NCBI RefSeq assembly: GCF_032191835.1
Contig: NC_083224.1
Location: 141,422,001-141,486,000 of the forward strand
Direction: 5' to 3'
Source: Heteronotia binoei
Taxonomy: Eukaryota
DNA length: 64,000 nucleotides
This document shows, piece after piece, positions 1-12,800 of the stretch. The translations under genes were made by a program, and so were the position numbers. Positions within the stretch are counted from its first letter, which is position 1; every line of letters starts with the position of its first letter. The notes below the pieces were generated by a model that was given only the letters and a program-made list of their open reading frames with translations, made no database searches and was not told the DNA's origin.

Positions 1-707
1 ACGGGAAGGCAGCATGGTATGACATAATTTCATCTGATGTCATAAGCAAAGCAAAGCTGTTACTTGGGCAGGAGACCGCCAAAGAAGACTCTGTGGAGGA
101 AGACAATGGGAAACCACCCCTGTTTAATCACTTGCTTTGAAAGCCCCTTGCTGGGATCACCAAAAGCTGGTTGCAACTTGATGGCACATATGTACGTATG
201 CAACAAATGTATGGGCAGGAATCCCATGTTTGCAGCCAAACACTCAGATCTGTTGTAAAGCTAAAAAGTCTAAACATGCTAAACTACAAGTAAGTCCCAC
301 CAGTGCAGCTTCTTTTAAATTAAACAATAGGAGTTAAGTGTGAAATACTTTAGATGTGAATTGTCTTAGAACTGTTTAAATAAAGAAGACTACTTAGCAA
401 GCCCACTGGTAGAAAGAAGGCAGGGTCCAGGTAGATGGTCTTGTTCCATCAGCTGTTTGGCTAACTGAAAGGCCAGTGCATCTCTCCATATCTATTTCAG
501 CTGGTAAGATGCATCTTCTGGCAGAAGCCATAATTGGGCAGGTCTGTCCTATTTGCTAAAGTCAGGGTCCTGTTTAACAATTGCAGCTATGGGGAACAGA
601 TGTACAGCATTAGGAGGAAAGTAAAACAGATTATTACAGCAAAGTACTCAGGAGCAGACTATTCAGAATCAGTGCATAACAAAAATATGTTTAGATTGCA
701 GGCTTAC

Positions 708-805
708 CTTAGATAAGGACAGACAAGAATAATCATAGCCATACCACGGAACACCCATCACAAGCTTCTTTGGATTAATACCCATGTGAATGTAGTCATC
801 ATATC
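708..805 (-). CDS. CTBS: CTBS exon 5
   Basis: (G)YDDYIHMGINPKKLVMGVPWYGYDYSCLSLSK; 98 nt, donor AAG|GTAAG. Confidence 0.96.
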
Positions 806-3800
806 CTAATTTAATATAAAATGAAAAGTTACCTGCATTTTTTTTTTATTCCATGCCTGCAGCTACATTTGTAATGTAAGCAAATCAAAGGCCACTCAGG
901 CAAACTTTCTGGATGTAACTACGTCTACAAGTCTCTTCCAAATGTTTCTTTTGGAGAAAAGCTTTATGTTCTTTAGTTTCCCATGTGACTTAAGCAGTAA
1001 TTTACCCATGAGGGCAACACTCTACGTGGGAATAGATGTTAACAGACTCTACAGCAACTACATGACCTTCTAGCCAAAACAAGAAACACAGGTGATAAGT
1101 CTATTTTTGCAGTTAATTAAAATGCATACTACAGCTCTGCAAAACATGGCTTTCAAAGCATGACATCTTCATACAAACAAATCAAAGAAAGCAAATATAT
1201 ACAAATGCTTTTTATCTCAATTATGGAGTTTGGATTGTTGGCCGCAGGAATGGATAACTGTGAACACAGAATGTCAAATCTAGTCCTAATGGCACAAGAA
1301 ATGGCTTTTCATAACACAGAACTGAAGCTGGTTCTTACCAGTTAAGGTCTGGTTATATGGAGAGTTGGCTCTCGCAATGCAGTCTGTCCATACCTGACTC
1401 TGCTCATCATAAGACATGACAAACACAAAATCACAGGAATCAGCAATCCCAGTATAGTTATAACATCTTCTGTCTATACATTTTGGAGACCAAGCTACAT
1501 CAAAGGTCACCTGTAGGAGGGGAAGGGGGAAAAATCACTCAGATCACTCAAAGCAGAATAGGCAATAGGTTTCCACAGAATGTAGGATAAATTTATAAAG
1601 CTACTAGCATAAGTTTTCCAAGGGAGTTTAAAACAAGGGATTGCGGTTTAAGAATTATAATGAGCTTATGGCTAAAGTGGCAGGAGAGGGTTCTAAGAAC
1701 TAAGCTGTAGACTTCAAAAAGTGTTCAAAGGAATTTTATGTTTATTATATGTCATTTTATTTTTATTACATATTCCAGGCAGTCAAATTTAGCAGCAACA
1801 CCATGCCTGCCGTTCCAATAATTCCAAAAACCACTACCTGTTAATTTCTTCAAAATTGATTTAATGTGTATAGCCTGGAAATGCTACCATAGTAAAAGAA
1901 CGTTAGAAAGTATGCAGTGTTTTACTTGATAGCGAAGGAAATGTGTACTTTTGCTTGTGATGCACGAAGCCAAACGCAGGCCACCAGCTATTTAGGCTTG
2001 AAATTATATGTGGCTTTGCTGCCTAGCTAGATTACAAAACCAGAGGAGGGCAGAGCTGCTGTCAAGCACCTGGTGGACCACAACACATAATTTGATAACT
2101 GCTTTATACTTAATGGATCACCAATCACACAGGCCTGATCTAAGAGCTGAGCTTACCAGGATGAACATTTGTGATCTCATCACATTATGTTATAATTGTG
2201 TAAATATGGTGATGCTGTTTGTTATAACTAATTTTTAAAATTTAAAAGAAAATTGGTTAAAGGGGAGCTTTTATCAAAAATTTAAGGTTGCTCATTAGAT
2301 ACCCTGAACATTCTATACTGTGGCTTTTAACTAAATTGTATTTTCAATGGTTTTGCTAAAGTATACCGGTTTTGCTAAACTGCTGAAATGCCTTAGGAAT
2401 CCCACAGAATCTTCCAATAAGAATCTGACATTCCTTAGCCATTAGAAGTATTAACTAGTTCAGCAAAACTAGGGAAAATGTATTCGTATACTGACTACAT
2501 CTATTGTGAACAGTTTGCCAGCTTTTTAGGGTTGCCAGCCTCCAGATGGGGCCTGCAGATCTCCTGCTTTTCCAGCTGATCTCCAGCTGGCAGAAATCAG
2601 CTCCCCTGGAGAAAATAGCTGCTTTGAAGGGGGGGGGCTATGGCATTATACCATGCTGAGGCTCCTCCCCTCCCCAAGCCCCACCCTCTCCACCCTCCAA
2701 AGTTTCAAGGTATTTTCCAATACAGACCTGGCAACTCTAGTGCTTTTTTTCATTACATTTCAATTTTGCATAGGTGTTTTCCACACAGGAACAGGCTTGA
2801 GTGCCAATACAGAACAGTGGCAATAGCTTTCTCTTGGCAAGTTTTCTCTTAGGCCCAGTCTACCAACAGCCATTCTCCCTGCCTCAGCCTCCGGGCCTTT
2901 TCAGGTTTGGTTTTGTTTTTTAAATCAGCAGTTGAATATCATTATAATATTGCACCAATTTGTGTATTGTATCAGGTTCTCCAAATTCTTGGTTTTTGTG
3001 TTAATATAAAGTTAAATCCCAGTCCCCTTTCATTGAGCAGAGATAAGGAAAGACATATCTCTGCAATAAAAGACAATAGAGGCTTACTTTAAAATAAAAT
3101 AAACCTTTGAATTTAGGGAACCTGATACATAAATTATTATAACATTTATAAAAAAATGAGAGATTGGATTAGATCAGAGAAAGATAGAGAAACCCTGGGA
3201 TACATATGAATGTACCCAAATACTTTAGGTGAGCAAGGAGGAAACCTGCTTTTCAAGAACATCAAGCCTGGTGCAAATAACCTGTGTGGAAAAGTCAGGA
3301 GAGCTGAGGGCAGGACATGGAGGTATGCAACATCACCAATACCACTATATAACCTGGAAGTGACAATGGGTAGCTCTAGTAATTGCCAGAAACAGTACAG
3401 TTTTGCCATAGAATTTGAGGCAATTCCTGGAGTTATCCTGGGTTATACTGGCAGTGATATGGTGACAATGTTGAAGCTAGTTTTTTTTTTCTCTCTCTCA
3501 CGGTCACTCAGAACATTAATGGACAATGGACATTGGCAGTGAAAGGCCTCCCACTATAGTGAGAGATTGGATGTGCCTACATTTATTTGAAATAAGGACA
3601 CCTAGATATTTGATTCTTTTCTCATACAAAAATCCTGATTTTTGCTGAAAAGACTGAATTTGTTCCATCTTCATATTCTTTGTCAGAAATTTTGTTTTGT
3701 GGTAATTGATCTTCAATCCTGCCCAGTAGCCAAATTGTTTAATCTTGTTTATAAGACAGTCTATTGAGTCTATTGGTTGCTCTAATATAAAGACTAGGTC

Positions 3801-6800
3801 ATCTGCAAAGGCTCTGATTTTGTATTGTCATCTTTTATCACAGTTCCCTCAATACTTGTATCTTCCCTTATTTGGTTATTCAGTATCTCTAGAAATAAGA
3901 TAAAAAGTAAAGGGGACAATGGCTTCTGGTATATTTTGAAACCTCACCATATAGGCAGCTCTGTCTACTTTCAACTGCAAAAGTCTAGAATCATGTATGC
4001 TCTGTTCTTTTTCCAGATGTTCCACCTTTGGATGTTTTCTGTCACCTGATCATCTAATACTTTTAAGGCTTTGTTAGTCTCAGCCATCCGTCTGCTGTTT
4101 TCCAAAAGCTCTTGTTTAATCTCTGCCATCTGTTCACCAATATTGTCTACTTTACTAGTCAGCTGTGCTGTAGCAGTCATTAAGGTGCTTTGCATTTCTT
4201 TCATATCTCCCTGCATAGTCGTAAATTTCCCTGGCCCAGGTGCAGCACTAGGTGAAAGAATTGGGTGGCTTTCTTCCCGATTTTCTTTTTTTGACTGTTT
4301 CTTTGAAGCCAATCACAGCTTTATTTTCCATTCTTATTAGAATAAGCACACTCACAGCCACAAGTCCAATAATGCCTCTTCAGAGTTTGTTTTGGAACTC
4401 TGTGTTCCTGTTTATAACAGATAAGCTAATCTCCACCAAGCAATGCCCTTATTATGCAATAGTTTTAAAAAGAAAACAGCCTTCTAGCTTCTATCAACAA
4501 TTTGTGGAAGCCACAACAATAGTAAGAATAATAGTAAACAAAACTTTTTAGCCAACTACGCTTAATAGTCAATCGGCAAAACAATTCAGTTCACAGCAAC
4601 AAAAACAATTCACTATTACAAGTTCTCTAGCAATGATAATTCTGTTAAAATCCAAGTCACTACAACGTCTTTCAGCAACTTCAAATTTCAGCAACTTTTG
4701 TAATCCAAGGCTGAATGCCCTATTTGTAATCCAAGAGTGAAATCAAGAATTAAAAATTAAACAAATAATCCAAAAAAAGGAAACCAGGCACTCCCAAAGA
4801 AAAAAGCAAAAAAAAAAATAGAAAATAAGAAAAAGTATCCATATTTGGTAATGCAAAAAAAAGAAGGATGAATAAAAAAAAGAATCCAGAGCCAAAAATG
4901 TTTAAACCGTGTCAAAAATATTCCAGCCACAGATAAAAGGAAGGAAAAGAAAAAACGAAAGCAAGGTTAAAGGGTTATGTCCATAACATCCAACAAGAAC
5001 AAATGAAAATCCTCTTTGGAAACTTGCAGAAACATTCTTCTTCCATCCAAAGATCCTGCTATGTCTTATAAATCAGTATAAAATACCCACCAGCATTTGA
5101 AAGTCAGTTGGGGCTCTTATAAATTCATTCAGAGCACTTCAGTTTAAGCTTCAAAGTACTTTTAAGCCAGCTGTCCTTCACATCCATAGAAACTTGCAAG
5201 CAAGCGACTTTCCCAAAATCCAAAACTTTTTCTCCCCCTAAAGGGAGTTTAAAACAAGTCAGTTAAATTCAGCCATCAAGTCTCTTGTACAACTAAAGAT
5301 TGGTTTGATTCTCCTCATGCAGGTGTTGTAAATGTTACCAGGAAAAGCAGAAACTTTTACAAGCCTTGAAAAAGAAGGAGAGAGAGTCCCCCCCCCTTCT
5401 CAGTCTTTTGCCTCCACTTAAAGTCTGCTTCAGTCCTGGTTCTCCATCTCCCTGCTTGTCAGAGATACTGCCATTCACATCAATAATATGAAGAAGGAAC
5501 ACTTATAGTGATAGCAAGATTGATGCAGCTTGTCTTGGTATTGCAGAGTTTTTAAAGTCCAGAGAGCAGAGTGCAAGAAGAAGAAGAGAAGCCGGCAGTC
5601 AACCCTCTTGCCATTTAAAAATGGCAATCAGAGCGATGAGGCTAGGAGCAAGTGGGATCAGGTGGCAGCTGCCTCCTCTGACACCCCCGTTCTACCGCTC
5701 AAGCACCCTGCCTTCTGGGACCCTTCCTGGGCCTCAGAGTTGTGTCGTCCTTTGGGGGCAACCCCTCAAACGGTCCGATTTAAAAGCGGCTCTGGATGCG
5801 CAGGTCCAAGCCGCTTCTAAACGTGCGTCGCCGAAACCAGAAGTCCCCCTTCTTGCATTTCATGGGCCTTTGAACCTGCTGTTTGCAGCTCTTTTCCCTT
5901 AATAAACTCATGTATGTTTGTCTGCACTGGATAAAGTGGGATAAAATGGACCACAAAAGTCTATGGAACACTGGTTAATCTTTAAAGATTCTTGTTTATT
6001 TTGTAAGTCCTTCATTGTGATATATAAATGTTTTATGAATGTAAAGACTGTGGCCAACAGCAGATAAGATTGAGAAATGGTGGCGACTGACAGATGGGAA
6101 GCTACAGGAGTCTGAGAAAATGCATTCATAATCACAATCACTGTTTTTGACAACTGAAAATATATGTAAATGGTTTAAAAACTAATAGTTTGTAGGATGC
6201 TTAACTATGCTGAATGCAAACAGGGGTGGCCAATGGTAGCTTTCCAGATGTTTTTTGCCTACAACTCCTATCAGCCCCAGCCAGCGTGGCCAATGGCTGG
6301 GGCTGATCGGAGTTGTAGGCAAAAACATCTGGAGAGCTACCGTTGGCCACCCCTGAACTAGCAGATAGCATGTGAACCTACCCATCCAGGTGGTTGAGCA
6401 TGTCTGTCAGCAAGCTCACTCCCTATAGTTACAAAGAGTGCAACTGCAAACCCCTGCCCCCCAGCTTCTCTAGAGACTAAAACAAAACAGAAGATTGGCT
6501 CCAACCAGATTGTCTGCTAGTGAAAAGGGGAGCCCTTTGACTATCTGAAATGGCTATGCTGGGGATCATGAATCCTGCATTAATGAAAGCAATGTTAGAC
6601 AGAGGTAGTAAAAAGGGAAACTGAGGAACACTGGTTGGATCCAACCTGGTGTTTCTTCAACAAACAAGATGGTGAACTATAGCCATTTTTCTTGTCTCTT
6701 CCCCCATGAAAGCCATTTTACCATTGGCCTCACCCCCTATAGCAGCCTTCTGTGACAGCATGCACTGCTCTTTCTCAAAATTATTCAAAAAGTATCCACT

Positions 6801-9800
6801 TGCTCAACAATGCTTGGGATCTTTTCATTATCACATCACATTTCATAATGTGGACATAAATCTATTTTTGTAGAACAGTTGTCTGTTTTATTTGCACCTG
6901 TGATCCTGGGATTTCTTTGTGAAAAGCTTCTGTTGTTTCTTTAACCAAAGCTGTTAAGGCATAGTATTCTGCTGAAGACTTATTAACTATTTGTTCAATA
7001 TCAATGTTGATTCCATCCATATATTGCTGTTTGGCAAGCGCCACCTTCTGATCTATCCAAGCTGCTCTGAAGGCAGGATCAACAATTTCCTTCACAGGTA
7101 CGTCTCCTAAAGAACCGGTAAGGATCAGAGATTACAAGGTTTATGGCACTCCATTCCATTCCTAAACCTCTTTACTCAGAGGTAAATCCCACCAAGCTCA
7201 AGGGGACTTACTTCCTAGTAAGTATGCTTAGAATTGCAGACCCACCAACTCATTTAATTATAATCAGAAATAAAAACTACAGCATCAATGCTACCACTCA
7301 ACCAATGCAGCCCATCCAGCCAATTAATAAGGCACAGGACCATCACAATGCAGGTGATGTCTATCCAGCTGCAGTAGCATCACCAACCTCTTTTATCAGA
7401 TTGGAATATGTGTATTTCTCTAGATCTCCTTTAGGTCTTCTACAAGGAAAAATATTCCTAGAAAAAAATTAGTCATAATAATATTGGAATTCTTTTATTT
7501 TACTGATTCTATTTTATTCTTCACTTCCTGTACATTTCGTTGTTTATATTCAGTGCACAAGGAATAAAGCTCTTGTTCTCAGGGTGCATTTCTTTAGTTT
7601 TATCTTGTAAGATGACTGTGGTAAATAGTTAATAACTTGAGAAATAATCATTATTTCATTCTTAACCACCATGGAAAATTATTCTTTTTCTTAATTGAGT
7701 CATGTTAATTTAAGCTGCTGCAATATATCTAAAATGTTTTTAAAACATTTTAGCAGTGTATGCACATTTACATGGAAATTTCAGTGCAACCAATCAGCAT
7801 TTGTCAAACAATGCATTTCAGATTAGGTTCTAAGGATGTGATCTACAAACCTTTAAACTAAAAGTAATTCTGTTGAGATTGAGACAGTGTGAGAACCCAA
7901 ATTCCACTAGTGAAGCAAATTACCTTGATGCCTTTGCATAACTAGTAAGCATTAAAATGTAAACTTAAATGAACATATTAAGCATATGTTCTGCACTCAG
8001 ATATTTTCATTTTAGTGGCTTTGTTACTGCTTTTTATTCTGTTGGATTTCATTGGTGATTTTAAAAATTACCACTGGTGGTTCTAGAGCAAGAGTAGGTA
8101 ACCCTCAGCACATGTGGCCTGCCAGACCCTTTTTGCTTGGCACACAGGATGAGTTCTTCACAAAAGCAACCACGGTAAACCTTCAAGGCACTGGCAGCAC
8201 CCTACTGAGGCCAATAGTGTGGGAAAAGGGATGGACAGCTTATTCCATTGAAATTGACTCCTGGACTTGTGCAGCCAGTCCAAGGCAATTCCCTGAGGCA
8301 ATGGCACTGCTGTTCCCTGTGTCTTGCCAAGTACAAACCTATATCCAGTTTATTAACTAAAAGGTAATGGATGGAAGGCTGAGTCAACCTTGAGCTGTCT
8401 AACTGAACCCAGCTTCCACCAGGATTGAACTCAGGTCTTGAGCAGCGCTTGGACTGCAATACTGCAGCTTACCATTATGCACCACAGGGCTCTTAATTTA
8501 TGAATTACCTAGAATTTATTTTATAAACTATCTAGAAATAAAACATAAAATACTTTAAAAAGTTTCCTGTTTGTATTGAAAAAAGAAGATAGATGTTGGT
8601 CCACAGCACAACTAAAAACCAAAGCCATGTAAGAGAGCCAGTTTGGTGTACTAATATGCTTATTTTCAGTCCCTCTGGACATGAGAAAGACAATTTGGAT
8701 CGTCAGGCACAGTATCATGTTCTGGGTAGGCAGCTATGCAGCTTCCTCCAGGTGGGATCCTAATTTGTGCCTCAGTGAAAGTCTTTGCATCACCTGGATG
8801 GGACACAGAGGAATGAAATAGCCATCTTCAATCAACTGTATCAAATGAGGCTTTCCTGCCTGGCAGTTAGGTATGAGAGCCAGTTTGGTGCAGTAGTTAA
8901 GTGGGAAGACTCTTATCTGGGAGAACCAGGTTTGATTTCCCACTCCTCCACTTGAAGCTGCCGGCCTTGCCTTGGGTTAGTCATAGCTATCGCAGGAGTT
9001 GTTCTTGAAAGGGCAGCTGCTGTCAGAGCCCTCTCAGCCCCACCCACCTCACAGGGTGTCTGTTGTGGGGGGAGAAGATATAGAAGATTGTAAGCCACTC
9101 TGTGTCTCTGATTCAAAGAGAAGGGCGGGGTACAAATCTGCAGTCGTCTTCTTCTTAACAAAGTGGTTTGTGTATTCTAGACCTACTACAGTTTCTGAAC
9201 TGCCCCACATGCAGAGCAATGCAGCAAAGACAGACTGAAGTCCTATGGATACTTACATAATAATGGATCTTACTTCCAAATAACCATATATAGAATTTAT
9301 ACTGCACACAAACATCCATTTAACCCTTATTATAATGTACCTTTTAAAACAACCCTGGATCCTCTTGAATGAGCATAACACATGAGCTCAGGGTCATATT
9401 TTCCAAAAGTTGCCACAGTTGTAATTTGTGACCAGTCATAGAACTTCCAAGCCTTGCCACCAACCTGAAACACAAAAACCTGCAGGGGCATAGCAGGAAT
9501 AATGTATTTACATTAGCAGCCTGTATTTCATTTTTCCCAGCTTCACATAGATGACAGGAAAGCCCATCAGTTACCCAGTTCTATCTTTCTTAGCATTGTA
9601 TAAGTCTGTCAGGAAAGACCCCACTACACAGTCTACACAGTCAAAGTCAAAGAGTGCTCCTAAAATGTAAACAGTAGATTGCCATCATAAAATGGATCTA
9701 AACTCTAGAGCTTCAGCTTGAGGCATTTATTCAGTCCAACAGCTTAAGGGGATCTACATTAAATATTTTTGTATGACAGCACCTGTTAGTTCAAATAAAG

Positions 9801-12800
9801 CAATACTACATTGAAAAACTTAACTGAAATTTGCAGGTAATTTATACTACAAAGAGGTGGGCAGCCATGTTGGTCTGAAGCAACAGAACAAAGTAGGAGT
9901 CCAGTAGCACCTTTAGGAGTAGGAGTCTAGCAACAAACTTTTATTCGGAATGTAAACTTTCATATGCATGCACAGAAACTTTGTTGGTCTTAAAGGTAAT
10001 ACTGGACTCCTACTTTGTTTTACAAGGATGGGTATTATTAATGTAAACCTTTTATTCATTAGTAACTTCAAGACTTATTGTCGTGTTAGAGTGCAACATA
10101 TTTTGCATGCAACCATACGTTTTCTCCAGCTTTGAGAGGAAGTGATTCTGAACAGAATGATTGCAAGAGAGGGAGCACAATATATCTCCCCTGCAATTGC
10201 TCCAGATCTTCTCTGGATCCTCATGGCTTCCCTTTCCAATGAATTCCAAATACCTTTTCCCTAGACTAAACCTATATTTGGAACATTTGCAGGAAGATAA
10301 ATCCCTCTGCAGATATTATACTGTATTCTGTCTAAATGGTGTAAGAATCCACCAGCTGTGTTTTGGAATTGCAGTTTCCACAATGTCTTTATCAGGGGTG
10401 TCAAACTCATTTGGTAGGATGGCCTGATCTGACACAAATGGGACTTTGTGGGGCCAGGCCATGTGTGTCATAAAATGTAACGTGACGTAGCAAAGATACA
10501 AACGTTATAAAGGACACAGACAAACACAACTAAAGATATTGTTTTTAACTTAAAATACAAACATGCCTAAAACTCTTGCAATATTTTGTTTAAAATGAAA
10601 AAGTTGGGGGAATAGTGGGATTTGGTAATGCAATTTTTAAAATAAAACTTCAAGAAAAGCACAAGAATCACAGCAGAAATGAAAAATATAAAATGCTCTG
10701 AGCTTGGGAAAACACTCCTGGGTCTACTCAGATTGGCAATGGCTCTTCAGTGTAATATCCCCCTTTGTCTGTGGGTTCCCAGGTTACAGTACTCACTAGG
10801 TCTGGTCTATTGAGCGGCTCAAAATATCAACCCTTTATTTGCAAGGACACAACTCCAGGAAGCATGAGCTTCAACTGTTTATAGGAACACTGACAGTGAA
10901 ACTGATATCCACTCAATTGAAACACAATGCAGCATAGACGAAGTTCCAAGGAAAACATGAAATGGATTTTCCATTAAGGTCTCTGGGCCCCATCTATTGG
11001 CAGAAAGAGCAGAGAACTTTGTCAGCCTTGGAGCTTCAAAGGGGGAGGACAGGAGGGGAAGGAGAAAGGAAAGAGCCATACAGGCCTGATTAAAGCCCTA
11101 AGCAGCTGGTTCTGGCCCATGAGCAAGACATTTGACGCCCCTGGTCTATATTGTGTGAATTTTCTATTTTCCAGAGTTCATGCGGGCGAGGCAGTTGGCC
11201 CCCTTCCTGGAACACAATGACCTGGCAACAGTGATCCATGCAACGGTCACCTCGAGGCTAGATTACTGTAATGCCCTCTACATGGGGCTGCCCCTGTGTC
11301 GAACTCGGAAACTGCAGCTAGTGCAGAATGCAGCAGCCAGACTGCTATTGGGCCTACCCCGGTGGGAACATGTGCAGGCTAGGCTGCGGGGGCTGCATTG
11401 GCTGCCAATTGTTTACTGAGTTCATTACAAGGTGCTGGTTATTACCTTTAAAGCCCTATATGGCCGAGGACCTGCCTACCTTAGGGACCACCTCTCTCCA
11501 TATGTTCCCCAAAGAGCACTACGATCCAGTTCACAAAACCTTCTGGAAGTACCTGGGCCAAGGGAGGCCAAACTAAAAATAACTAGAGAACAGGCCTTCT
11601 CTATAAAAGCACCCCAATGATGGAACCAGCTGCCGGAAGAGGTGCGGGCCCTGCGAGACCTTAGCCAATTCCGTAGGGCATGCAAAACCGCCCTCTTCCG
11701 GCTAGCCTTCCAAGATGGAGCTTGAAATAAACATCATGCCGTCATTAACATCAATAACTGAGATAGCAGTGATTAGACTATTTTAGATTGATTTTAGACT
11801 GTTTTAGATTATGTAAAAACTTAATGGTAAACTGTGAATTGTATTGGTAAACTGTAAATTGTATTGTACAACTGTTTTATTGTTTAACATGGCTCTGTCA
11901 TGCCTTGTAAGCCGCCCTGAGCCTGCCTCGGCGGGNNNNNNNNNNNNNNNNNNNNNNNNNNNNNNNNNNNNNNNNNNNNNNNNNNNNNNNNNNNNNNNNN
12001 NNNNNNNNNNNNNNNNNNNNNNNNNNNNNNNNNNNNNNNNNNNNNNNNNNNNNNNNNNNNNNNNNNNNNNNCACATTCAAAAATTGTTTTCTTTATTTAA
12101 ACTTGCCATCATTCAAAATTGCTCACTCCCAAAGCCGCTTTTCTAAAAAGAGAAAGTTACAAGATTTTGTTACATTCATTTGCATTTAACATGTCCTAAC
12201 ATACTTAGCACTGTCCTGACACGTTTAGCCCTGTGCAGAAGTTACATTTAATTCTGGCATCAGGAGTCCACCAACTGTGCATTTGAAGAATGCAATTCAC
12301 ATGATCACTGTCTGTATCAAATGAATTGGGCAGTATATGGATTTTCAATGCCAATGCAGTGTCTGTTCCGGAAAATGGAAAGTCTACAGCTCAATTCAGA
12401 CAACAGGGCAATCACACAAATTTCATTTCCCAAAATACAAATGAATGTAGCAATTCCTCTTTTTTTTTTCTTTTTAGAAAATCACCTTTGGGAGTCAATA
12501 ACTTTGAACAAAGATGATGGGGAGTTTAAAAAAATATAGACAATTTTTAAATCTTCTAAAAATTGTAAAGAGGGTAAAGCAACTGTATCTTTTTCTCCAT
12601 TCAAAATTGCACACCCACTCACATATACATGAGCCCTGAACAGTGTTAAGTTTATTTGCATAGACAGACTGATGTTCCTCAGATTCAATACAAAACAGAT
12701 AAGGCAACTTTTTAATTATTAGATGCCTGTTAAGCAAAAGGCTAGCAAACTCCAGTTATTTTTAAACTTTTGCATATTCTTTGCAACTGTCTTTCATAGC

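Noticed and set aside
8877-8950. tRNA-like A/B boxes here and at 24049, 26467, 47929; 5S-like boxes at 44500 and 54900
   Set aside because: These are SINE heads fused to LINE-derived tails, with no cloverleaf or full 5S sequence, so they are not RNA genes.
11936-12071. N runs at 11936-12071 and 54228-54364 as possible hidden features
   Set aside because: No sequence to interpret; the first sits where an L2 simple-repeat tail is expected.
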